Assembly (NCBI GenBank): GCA_013239625.1
Contig: MU053493.1
Coordinates: 381,793-445,792 of the forward strand
Length of the DNA stretch: 64,000 nt
Direction of reading: 5' to 3'
DNA from: Lama guanicoe
Lineage: Eukaryota
A program made the position numbers and the translations under genes. Shown in pieces: positions 12,731 through 24,464 of this stretch. Each line of letters opens with the position of its first letter. Position 1 is the first letter of the stretch. Below the pieces are notes generated by a model that was not told the DNA's origin, searched no databases, and was given only the letters and a program-made list of their open reading frames with translations.

Positions 12731-14545
12731 CAAATTTAATATAAAATTAAGATTTAATTACATGCTAGATAAGGACATATGTCACTAAAAATTATGAAAT
12801 GTTCTATTCAAAAATTTGCTACAGAATGATACTGTTGGGACAAAGTTGATAATTGGTTACTTCTGAATTTTCTCTGCAAAAGAAAGGACTAATGTTGAGA
12901 TACGCTCATGATACACGTACATGAAACTATTGAGACTAATAAGGGTAAAGAAAAACTGTGTAGGCAAGGAAATTAAGATGTGTTTTTGATGAGAAGAGTG
13001 ATAAAAGATGTGTTTCTGTTAAAGGAAACAATGAACAGTTTTGTCCTAAAGTAAAATGATTAATCTAAAATAGAATAATTAACGATTAATGATTAATATT
13101 CCAGAATAGAAAAGAGGGAACAAATAAGACAAAAATGGAATGGATATTAAAAGCAAAACAAAGCAAAAGTGGTAGAAAGTTTGTGGGAAAATAATCTTTA
13201 AAGGGAATCTTATAATATATGGTCAAATCTGGCTAATTTGAATGGATTTACTTATAAGGTTTTGAATGGATTTACTTATAATTAACCTTATAAATAGTGG
13301 TACACTGATGAAATATCAGAATTTACTTGCCTGGCATTTTACAGAAAGAATGTTTTCTTAGATTATAGGTTTGCATTAGTAAGAAATGGCAAAAAAAAAA
13401 GTTTCTGTTTTACCTAAGTATTCTACCTGGGGAACCAAGATTTTGTGTTTTAAAATCATTCCATCTCCTTCAGGTTGTCTTTATCATTTATTTGATTACT
13501 GAAAAATAATTTGTCAATTTAAAAGAGCTACATTTTTTACAACCATGTCATTTTCTGTATTTGCTTTTGAAATATTTTAATTGTCATTTTGGTTAAACAC
13601 ATAGCCAAGTAAGGTTTCACAGTTGCCTGGGGTTGTATTTAGTCAAGCATTCAAATATTTTGATATTGCTGATAACTCCTCAAAACCAATTTTCAAAGGG
13701 AGTATTTTTACTTCAAACTGATTTGGTATTTCCCAGATACTCCACAGAAAACCTCCAAGGATTTGTCCCACAGCTTTGAAAAGGCAGATGCAAATAATCT
13801 GGTTTAATTGGTATATTAAATTACATGGAAAACACTATCACATAATAGTGAAGATAAAGCTTCTTAGGTTATATGAAGTGGATATATGTCACTGATACAG
13901 GTACTCCAGGAATGGTATGAGGCTCATAGAAATCTATCAACATTAGTTGTCCAGATATTATTATGTTATAATGTTACTGCCACATAAATAACTAATTTTA
14001 TTTATACAGTGAGCTCTCAGAAGAACTGTAACCATGACCATTTTAAGTTATTTACCACTCACACACAGTTAATGTGTTACTTTGAGTTTTTTTGTGGAAG
14101 TTTTTACCATTAGCTACAGGCAAGAATGCTCTATGTTGGCAGAATGTGAACAACTTTGAATCTATGCCACTAGACTAAGTAAGAATACCCAGAAGGAGTG
14201 ACAACATTTATGAGTTATTAAAGCTGTTAACCACCAATCATGCAGAATAAGAATGAATTCCCTGTGACTGAATAAACTGATGGGGGGGAATTATGATGTT
14301 TTAAACATTTTTTGAAACATCCCTAGGTTCATATGTTGTTGTTTTTGTTTTCAAGTTTTCTTTTCCAGATTGAAGGAAATCCTTTTATCTTAATCTAGGT
14401 GTAGCTTTCCGCAATTTGGTAAAACATACCTTTGTGAACAAATATATAACAATTCCTTTTTATCCCTATCTGAAACTCCAGAATTCTAAACTTTCAATGA
14501 ATATCCTTATATTTAAGGCAATACAGTTATTTACATAAGTTCAAT

Positions 14546-17500
14546 TGTTAGGTGGTTTAGATAGAAATGAGCACTGGGCAGGGGGCTAGGAAGGGGAAAG
14601 GAACAATACAGAATGCAAGGAACCTTAGCTGTCTAATTAACCAGAGCACAAGGTCAACCACAGTGCAGGGAACCAGAGTTATCGATCATTCAATCAATCA
14701 ATCAATCAATCATGAAACAAGGATAGAAAAACAGGAAAACAAAGGAACGGTGCCACTTTTCCTCTCTTGGATTAGCCCATTCCCAATTTTGGGGAGTTTC
14801 CTATCTTTCACTTTTATTTTTACTTCACTAATAAAAAAGAAAAAAAATATTGCTTAAATCACGCTTTTTGTTTCATCAAAAATTCTTTTTTGGGGGAGGT
14901 GGTGACTAAGAACTGATGTAATTCTTATTTTCCTATTCCTGGTTATCATAAATTTTGATGCTGTGACTCAGAAGGTGTACTTAAACCTAATGTTTTTTCC
15001 TTCATTTTCCCCTGCCTCCCTAAGGCCAGTGGAGCACAGTCTCCTAGGGCTGGCTGTGGAGGGTGGATCTAGGATACAGGGTGTGGAGCTCCAAGAACTA
15101 CTGAACCAGTCAGGCAGCAAGTAGCCCATCTGGGTCCCTGCACTGGGCCAGTTACAGTGCAACGGTACTAAGGCCATGGACTGCCTTCCCCTATGCCCAG
15201 CCACATGCATGCCTGCCCCAGTGCATTCTGCCACCACCAGCCCTGCTAGCCATGGAGCTCCAAGTAGAGATAACCAGGCTTGCTCCAGAACCACAGTAAA
15301 CTAATCACTTTTGGCTTTTACACTGGACTGGCCTATAAAGAAGACCACTCACCACCTTAAAACAATGCTCAAAGTAGAAGCTACCAAATCAGGAAGAGTA
15401 AAAGATAACATTTGAATTAGACAGCTGCCCAAAGACAATGGACCAGGTCTGTATACCAATTATTTTATCACTCACACCTTAATATACTGGTCTCTAGTCT
15501 TGCTGGGGATCCTTGCTTCTGCTTTCTGAGCTCTACTATCGAATTGTCTAAAAAACACCCTCCTTCAATCTCTAACTCCCTTTTTCCCACTGATCACTGC
15601 AAGGTCCTATGGTTCAGATAAGGATGCCTCCCTCTTGCATATTATTAACTTACTCTGTGACCTAAAAGAAAACTCTCAGTTCCCTAATGCATCTAGGGCC
15701 ACGTCCATGTTGGCACTATTTTTACGTATGGTGCCCTGGTATCTCTTATAATAATACCCTGTTTGCCTTATTCACTGGCCAACTAACATTTGGCCACCTA
15801 CATGGCTTAAGTAACAGTGTCCCTGGTGGCCTTTTCTAGAAAACACCACGATAACAGTAACCATGGGCTACAATGTCTCTGACTCCTTTCTGGCTTCATA
15901 TCCTTCCAGGGACACTTGCTTAGGCAAGAAAACATCTCTGCCTTAGAAAACTGAGCTTCTGGAGTTCTAGCTCATGTTGTCCTCTCCTGCTGCCTTCCAC
16001 ATTCAGGAGCTTCCATAAGGACCTTAACTCACTCCACTGTTTTTGCTCACCCTGTCTCTGGTTATCCCAGTTGAGCAGTGATCCTGCTCCTGAATCATCG
16101 ATGACCCGCGGGGTTAAAATAATTTCCTTGGACTGCGGAGACTCCCAGCTTATGGTAAGACTGGACACTTCCCATCCAGTGAGGAGGCTGGGATGCTGAG
16201 TCCTCCTTCTGTGAACCAATAATCCTGGGAGGCTCTCTTTAGTCCATGGCTTCAGGGTACTCTTGATTACAGGCAGAAAACTGAGACAACAAACTAGCCT
16301 GTGGCCTTCACCTTGGGAACCTGATCTCTGAAGACCCCCTTTTCCTCAGTATCCTGCCCTTCAGATGGGAAGGTAACAGTTGATCCATGCTGGGACACCC
16401 CTGGGCTACATTTTAGCCAAAAGCATGACTCAAATAGGTGCATAAATTCAACCACCTTGCTCCAGCTTAATCTTTTCAACAATATACAAAGAAACTGATC
16501 TAAAATACCATAAATCCAGAACTTTTATTTGCTGAGGGATAGCATTGATCTCTTAAAGGAATGAAAAAAATAAACACCTTTTCCATGGTTACTCTCAGCA
16601 ATCTGCTGTCCCCAAAACCTCCTTGAGGGGACTTCTTTAAACGTACATCCTCCCCTGCTCTCCCTACCATATACCCTTCATTTAAGGGATAAATATCTCA
16701 CCAAATATGCCTGTCATATTAGACAAAAACTCCAAAAGGAAATCCTGGAATCCGGAATGATACTTGATGAATGCTAATCAATGCTGCCACAGGATTTTTG
16801 TTTTTGTTTTTGATTTTTTAGATCTGGTACAAGAGTACAAGGCTCAGGAGAAGGAAAGAAGGAAAGATGCCAGACATGCTTAAATGATTACAGCCCTTTA
16901 AGGTCAGCCACCATTACTAAATCATCTGCCCCAGCAGCCCAAGACAAGCCTGATGATCAATATATCTGTCACTGACCTGGTCAATGGGCCAAGAAATAAA
17001 CCCATGAGGACAAATCTACAAGATCTGCCTACTTTTGGTATAACAAGGAAGGTCATTGGGTGGCCCTCCATCCCTCAAGCCAAACAGCCCATGGGGGAGA
17101 ACCAGCCTGTGACCTGCAGATGGTTGTCCAGGACTAAAGAGGCCCTGTCCAGTCAGCCCCAATGCAAGAGTTCTTCAAGTTCTTCATCACAGGGCTAGAA
17201 CCATGGGGAAAAGTGGATGGATGTGGCAGTATCATTTTGGATACTGGGGCCAACTACTTAGTCCTGACTTCCTTCTCCAGACCTTTCTCTTCTAGATCCT
17301 ACAACTCACATATCCTTCTGATCATTAAAAAGAATGGGGCCTATAGACTAGCCCAACATTTAAAAATTATAAAGGAGGCTGTAGTGCCTCTTCATCCAGT
17401 GGTTCCAACCCCCTATGTATTACTGAAAACATACCTCCAGGAGCCCAGTGGTACACTGCCTTAGATAGAAAGATGCTTTCTTCTATATACCCCTTACTCC

Positions 17501-19237
17501 CCAATCCCAATAATTATTTGTCTTTCAGTGGGACTCACCTAATTGGTATCAACACCAGCTAACATGGACAGTACTACCACAGGAGTTTAGATACAGTCCT
17601 CCCCTCATTGGCAAACTTTGGCCCAAGATTTACAGGACTCACAGCCTGAAAAAGGAACTAATCTTCAATATGTAGATGACATACTTATCTGCTCCCTTAC
17701 TTGAGAACAGACCATCCAGCATGCAATCCAAACTCCTGACTTCTTTGGTGAGCCAGGATATAAAGTTTCCAGATCCAAGGTAAAAATGGTCAAACAATAG
17801 GTAACTTATATAGCTGTTGTTCGGAGTCCTGCAAATCATAGCCTTTCCCCTGAGTGAATTTAGGGAATCTTACTATTCCCTAATCCCACTACTTGAAAAC
17901 AGCTCAGGATATTTCTTGGACTAACAGGTTACTGTAGGCTTTGGTCTATAGACCAAACTCTGTATGAGAGTTTAAAGGATAAGGATGACTCAGTACCTCT
18001 ACGGTGGAGTCTTTCCCAACAGGAAGCAATGGAAAAAGTGAAAAAAAATCCCCTAGAAAGATCCCCAGCCATGGGACTTCCAGATCCCACAAGGCCCTTC
18101 CAGTTATACATTCATGACAAAGGAGGAATAGCCTTGGGGATCCTCATCCAATGGCTGGGTCCTACCCAACAGTCCATTGATAGCCTCTCCAATCAGCTAG
18201 ATCCCACTGCTCAAGGCTGATCATCCTACCTAAGAGAGTTGGGAGCACTCTCCACTCTCCTGGTGGAAACTTTTAATCTAACTCTGGGGGCCCCTATACA
18301 AGCATATACTTCATATCAATTTTTTGATCTTTTAAAAGGCAAGGGACATTTCTGGATCTCAAACTCTCAAAAACCCAGATGTCACTGTCTCTGTGGGACA
18401 CTCAATCCTGCTACACTATTACCATCACCAGATGACTCTCTTCCCTTTCACCTATGTCATGAGACTTTATCCATTTCTCTTGGTGATAGAAGAGATCTCA
18501 CTGACCAACCCCTGGAAAACCTTGTTGAGATTTGCTTCATGGATGGGAGCCACATATTCTTGTAAGCCTCTTAGCAATCTGCAACTGCTTTTGAAGCAAA
18601 ACCACAAGTCAAACTTTAAATGGCTATACAATGAAATAACCAATCAGCCAAGACAGCTTTTATACAAGTGCCTAATGGACACCAACAATTCACTCACCTC
18701 CTGTCCAGTGACAGACAGCTACTTGGGATACAAATGAGGTCCACTGATGCCCCAAATTGGCAGGAAGTAGCTACAGCAGTCATCACCCTCTACATCCCAA
18801 AGAGTAGGAGTCATATGACTAGAGGTGGGGAATGTTAGGTAGTTTAGATAGAAATGAGCACTGAGCAGAGGTAGAGGAATGGGAAAGGAACAATCCAGCA
18901 TACAAGGAACCTGTGCTGTCTAATTAACCAGAGCACAGGGACCCTGAGCTCTCAATGGCCCAGAGGGCAGGGAACTGGAGTTGTTAGTTAATCAATCAAT
19001 CAATCAATCAATCAATTATGAAACCAGGATGTAAAAACAGGAAAAATAAAGAAAAGGTACCAGTTTTCCTCTCTTGGATTGGCTGCTCCCAATTTGTGGG
19101 TGTGTACTACTTTTCACTATTTTTTTAAATCACTAATAAAAAATCTTACTTATATCAAACTTTTTGTCTCTTCAAAAATTCCTTTTTTTAAGTGACTAAG
19201 AACCAAAATAATTCTTATTTTCTGTTTCCTGATAATT
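14546..19237 (+). mobile_element. Internally deleted ERV1 provirus with tRNA-His PBS (HERV-H/F-like)
   Basis: LTRs 14546-14948 and 18833-19237 (TGTTAGGT start, internal (TCAA)n), TSD CAAT, PBS TGATGCTGTGACTCAGAA at 14956-14973 (14/18 to His PBS TGGTGCCGTGACTCGGAT), PPT AGAGGTGGGGAA, protease LDTGAN (~17240), RT LQYVDDILIC (~17665), RNase H FMDGS (~18535); no IN or env. Confidence 0.88.
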
Positions 19238-19520
19238 CAATAATATTTCTTCTCTTTGCAACAGGACAGAATTGGAAACATTTATTATAACGCCAATGCT
19301 TTGACTAGAATATCATATTTGAAATTGATATGCATCAAACCAGATGTGACCTAAGAACTTTAAGGAACTAAGGTTGACTTTAAGGATCCAATTCTTACAA
19401 AGTCCCTCTTAGAAAATCTATCCTGAACTACATTAATGGGGTTTCACAACTTGAAAATCAGTAAGGAAAGTCACTTTCTATCAGGACCAGGAACATCAGA
19501 ATATTTCTGAATGTAGACAA

Positions 19521-20885
19521 GTTCAGGATTTCCAGTCAAGATGGCCAGCTGGCAGGAACATAAGCTTACCTCTCCTTGTGACTACAATCAAAAAGAGCCT
19601 GGAACCTAGCAAATGAAATCTTATGCAATTGGAAACACAAAGAGGGAACCACTTTAGGATGGTAGGAGGGTTGTGCTGGTGATATAATTGGGCCCCAACC
19701 TGCCAGGTGGGTGATCCAGAAGCTGAAAAATAATTAAACTACAGAGGCCCTCTCACAGGTGTGAGAGCTCTAAGTTCCACATCAGGCTCCCTAACTTCAG
19801 TACCAGCATTGGGAAGAAGAATCCCCAGGACAACTAGTTTTGGAGGCCAGAGGAACTTGGCTCTGGGAGCCCCATGGGACTGGGGTAAATGGAGACTCCA
19901 TTTGCTTAGAAAGTGTACACAGAAATTCATGTGCACAAGGTCCAAGGGCAGAGGCAGTGATTTCATAGGAACATGGGCCCAGACATGCCTACTAGATATG
20001 GAGGATATCCTGAGGATGTGGGGAATGTCTGCTGTTCATCCAGGGGACATAAAAGCTAATGATAGACATTCTGAGAGTGTTAATCTACATGAGCTTTCCT
20101 GGAGGCTGTCATCTTGATTGGATTATTACCACCAAGACCCATCCAGACACAACAGCCTGTAGGGAAGCCTCAGGCCAATCAACATACAGGATGGGAACAC
20201 AGCCACACCCATCAGCAGACTTCCTAAGCCACAAAGGCCTCTAGACATAACTCTACCCATCTGAGGTAGAGGACAAGATTCACAACAATAAACAGGCACA
20301 GGCTCCTCCTCCAGGAAAACTGTATAAGCCTATAGTCCAGCCTCATCCACCAGGGGCAGATACTAGAAATAAGAAAACAAGAACCCCAAAGCCTGTGGAA
20401 GGAATCCACAAACACATAGAAAGATAGACAATATGAGGCATCAAAAGAATATCTTTCAGGCCAAGCACAAGATAAAATCCCAGAAGAAATAAGTGATGAG
20501 GAGATAGGAAATTTATCTGAGAGTTAAAGTAATGGTGTTGAAGATGTTCAGAGAACTTGAGAATAGATGCACAGAGCCAAGATTTAAGCAGAGGTGGAAA
20601 ATATAAAGAATACCTAAAGAAAGCTGAAGAATAAAATCACTGAAATAAATAACACACTAGAAGGAACCAAGAATAGACTAAATGAGGTAGAAGATGGACC
20701 AATGAGCTAGAAGACATATTAATGGAATGAACTTAAATGTAAAACAGAAACAAACTCACAGAAATAGAATACAAACTTGTAGTTGCCAGGGTAGAGGAGG
20801 GAGGGAAGGGATAGACTGGGAGTTTGAGATTTGTAGATCATAACAGGTATATAAGTGCTCTAAAGAAAAAAGTCTATTTTAAAAA
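19521..20885 (+). mobile_element. Internally deleted L1 (5'UTR plus ORF1 5' part joined to 3'UTR)
   Basis: CAAGATGGC 5' motif, ORF1 start ATGAGGCATCAAAAG at ~20433, switch to 3'UTR at ~20727; flanked by imperfect TSD AGAATATTT..GAATGTA.ACAA (19498 and 20886). Confidence 0.7.
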
Positions 20886-21834
20886 AGAATATTTGGGGAA
20901 TGTACACAAAAGAGGAATTCACTTCAATCGGTATGATATTGTAGAGAAAACCTAGTGTAGACTTGGCTTGACTTCATAGCCTCCAGAGGCTTTTAAAAGT
21001 GTAACATCAGGTTCCTTATGAAAAGTTACAGCAAAGCAAAATCAAGAGACCAGATGGTCAATCATTATTCTTGTGCACTTACATAAACAATCGGACTAAG
21101 TGTAATGAGGCTGGACTTATTTTACAAACAAATTTGTCTATGATTCTCTCTGATAGAAGAGTTGGTGACAATAGAGGTAAAATTTTGTTTCAATGAGAAA
21201 CCATGATATATAATTCTGGGTCCTATCACGCACGTCTTGGCAGCCCTCAACAAATCCTGGATTATTTTAGTTTCCTCCAAAATATAACTAAAATTCTCCA
21301 AATTAGCACTTCCAATTTTTCTCCCTTATGACTTGGAATCATTGTGAAGGAAAACTGCCCTTTTCCCAAAGCCTGTCAAATTGAAGCTAGAAAATGTATC
21401 AGAAACTTCAAGGAATTCACAACAGGCAACTATTGTGTCTGCTGCTGTGTGGGTCACTCAGCAAGTTCACCTGAATTCCTGATGCCATCACCATGGGCAG
21501 TCAAACTGAAAACTGGGACACCCATTGGATTGACACTGCTACCCTCTCTCCATTATCTAAAGGCGATTTGAGCCCAGCATATTCTTGATTGGCTGCCTTC
21601 TGGATTCCATTTTTTTCACTATTACTCTTTTTTTCCTCTGATTTTCATAGAAATGACTCTTCATTAAATGGTTGGCTAGTGCCCTCCAGCAAATGCACTC
21701 TACTAACAAGTCTTAACAGATGATTCAGCTGGTCATTAATGAACAAAGTGTATCTGAACAAGAACTGAGTTTATATTATTCAAAGGAAAGAAGAACATTT
21801 GTCTGTTTTTTCCTTCACCAAGAAAGGGTCTGAT

Positions 21835-22433
21835 AAATATACCTGGTGGAAATTCTAACTGGAAAAGACACATGCACCCCACTGTTCAGAAAAGCACTAT
21901 TTATAATAGCCAAGACATGGAAGCAACCTAAGTGTCCATCAACAGATGACTGGATAAATAAATAGACATACAATATATATATCTTAACCACAAAAAAAGA
22001 ATGAAATAATGCCATTTGCAGTAACATGGATGGACCTAGAGAACGTCATTCTAAGTGAAGTAAGTCAGAAAGAGAAAATAAGTGCCATGTGGTATCACAT
22101 ATATGTGGAATCCAAAAAGAAAATAAAGGACACACATGAACTTATTTACAAAACAGAGACCGACTCACAGACATAGAAAACAAGCTTATGGTTACCAGGG
22201 GGAAAGGAGATGGGGAGGGATAAATTGGGAGTTCGGGATTTGTAGATTCTACTATATATAGAATAGACAAAAATGTGTATTTCTACTATATAGTACAGGG
22301 AACTATATGCAATGACTTTTAATAAACTATAATGAAGAAGAATACATATACATATATATGTATATACCTGAATCGCTATGCTGTATACCAGAAATTAACA
22401 GCATTGTAAATTGACTATACTTCAGTTAAAAAA
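21835..22433 (+). mobile_element. 5'-truncated L1 3' end
   Basis: ORF2 C-terminal TCTPLF..ALFIIAKTWKQPKCPS and 3'UTR ending GACTATACTTCAGTTAAAAAA. Confidence 0.88.
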
Positions 22434-22441
22434 GAGACTAA

Positions 22442-24112
22442 AGGCAGGTTCTTTTACAACGACTGTCTTAAAAGTCGTGCGGTAAGAAGCAACATCCTCT
22501 CTTCTTCCTCTCCACCATGTGCTCAGCAACCACAAAACAGCAACTTTGCGTGAGTGCATCTCCATCCACATTGGCCAGGCTGATATCCAGATCAGCAGTG
22601 CTTACTGGGAGCTCTACAGTTGGAACATGGCGTTCAGCTCAATGGCAAGATGCCAAGTGACAGGAAAGTTGTGGGAGGAGATGACTCCTTCAATAACTTC
22701 TTCAGTGAAACATGAGCTGGAAAGCATGTGCCCAGGGCAGTGTTAGCAGATCTGGAATCCACAGTCATTGATGAAGTTTGCATTGGGACCTGCCACCAGC
22801 TCTTCCACCCTGAGCAGCTCATCATGGGCAGAGAAAATGCTGCCAATAATTATTCCCATGGTAACTACACCCTTGGCAATTAGATCATTGACCTTGTCTT
22901 GGATCAAATTCGAATACGGGCTGACCAATGCACAGGTCTTCAGGGCTTCTTGGTTTTCCACAGCATCGGTGGGGGAACTGGTTCTGGGTTCACCTCCCTA
23001 CTGATGGAACATCTCTCTGTCAATTATGGCAAGAAATCAAGCTGGAGTTCTCCATGTACCCAGCCCCCCCAGGTTTCCACAGCTGTAGCTGAGAACTACA
23101 ACTCAATCCTCAAAACCCACACCACCCTGGAGCACTCTGATTGTGCCTTCATAATAGACAATGAGGCTATCTATGACATCTGCCTTAGAAACCCCGATAA
23201 CAAGCACCCAACCTACACTAACCTGCATAGGTTGATAGGTCAAGTTGTATCCTCCATCACTGCTTCCATGAGAGTTGATGGAGCCCTGAATGTTGATCTG
23301 ACAGAATTCCATAACAACCTGAGTCCTTATCCTTACATCCCCTTCCCTCTGGCCACATGCCCCATCATCTCTGCTGAGAAAGCCTACAATAAACAAATTT
23401 CTGTATCAGAGATCACCAATGCTTACTTTGAGCCAGCCATCCAGATGGTGAAATGTGACCCTTGCCATGGTAAATAAGTGGCTTGTTGCCTGTTGTACTG
23501 TGGCAACGTAGTTCCCAAAGATGTCAATTCTGCCATTGCCACAATGAAGACCAAGTGTATCATCCAGCTTGTGGACTGGTTCCCAACTGGCTTCAAATTT
23601 GGCATTAATTACCAGACTCTCTCCATGGTAACTTGTGGAGACCTGGCCAAAGCACATTGAGCTGTGTTCATGGTGAGCAACATCACAACCATTGCTGAGG
23701 CCTGGGCTTGCCTGGACCACAAGGCTGGCAAGTGATGTAAGCCAAGTGTGCCTTTGTTCACTGGTACGTGTGTGAGGGCATGGAGGAAGGAGGGTTTTCT
23801 GAGGCCCATGAGGACATGGCTGCTCCTGAGAAGGATTATGAGGAGACTGATGTAGATTCTGTCGAAGGAGAGGGAGAGGAAGAAGGGGAGGAATAGTAAA
23901 GTTAAAATGTCACATAGGTGCTGCTTTTACAGGGAAGCTTATTCAGTTTAAACATTAAACATTTGTGGTCTTGTCAGTTAATTTGTATGTAGTAGTGTAT
24001 ATTCTTGTATACAATTACTGACTTATGCTTTAAAACACAATGTTTTGTTACAGACCCAAAATGTCATCTTCTCTGATGGATTTGAATAAAGTATTCCCTT
24101 TCTTAAAAAAAA
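22442..24112 (+). pseudogene. TUBA1A: Full-length processed alpha-tubulin pseudogene (TUBA1A-derived); decayed CDS 22546-23899
   Basis: Intronless; (M>L)[37 protein letters not shown]-terminal [10 protein letters not shown](Y>stop); frameshifts and stops; 5'UTR AGGCAGGTTC...GTAAGAAGCAAC and 3'UTR ...GGTGCTGCTTTTACAGGGAAGC...AATAAAGTATTCCC match my recollection of TUBA1A UTRs; AATAAA at ~24085 then an A tail. Confidence 0.93.
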
Positions 24113-24132
24113 TTACAAAGAAGGGATCTGAC

Positions 24133-24464
24133 AAGGATTAGTTGATTGGCCAAATTTTATTCAGACTGTTGAAACTTTTCCTAGGCACATATGGGTACCT
24201 CTCTGTAAAATCCTCAGCAAGAATTCTGCTGAGTGAGTTTTGCATGAGTTCTTCATCCTCCAGGTCTGGTCACCCTTGAAATCTAGTTTTGTTTCACATA
24301 TTCCAATCTCCCAGCAGGTAATGTTTGATAAGTCTGCTTCATTTTCAGCAAAACTCCCATATGTCTTTTTACCAAGAAATTTCCAATTCCTTGGTGTTTC
24401 CTATTAGTAATATACCATCCAGTGACCACCACTGAGCTCCTCTGATATAAATTCCCTCTTCCCA
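24133..24464 (+). mobile_element. MER21/MER31-like LTR, truncated at the inversion breakpoint
   Basis: TGACAAGG start after a purine-rich tract; similarity to 8660-9068 (CAGCAAGAA, ATAAATTCCC); breaks where the right arm begins. Confidence 0.5.

Larger units (their letters stand above)
8660..21830 (+). mobile_element. Second MER21/MER31-like ERV1 element: LTR ~8660-9068 plus long internal region, interrupted by younger insertions
   Basis: LTR ends TCTTTGACA at 9068 followed by PBS-like TGGTAC; the internal sequence resembles 3009-7300; a presumptive 3' LTR resumes at ~24133 after the L1/TUBA insertion. Confidence 0.5.

Noticed and set aside
22899..23477. 192-aa tubulin-like ORF as a functional gene
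   Set aside because: It is part of an intronless retrocopy with a lost ATG, frameshifts and stops.
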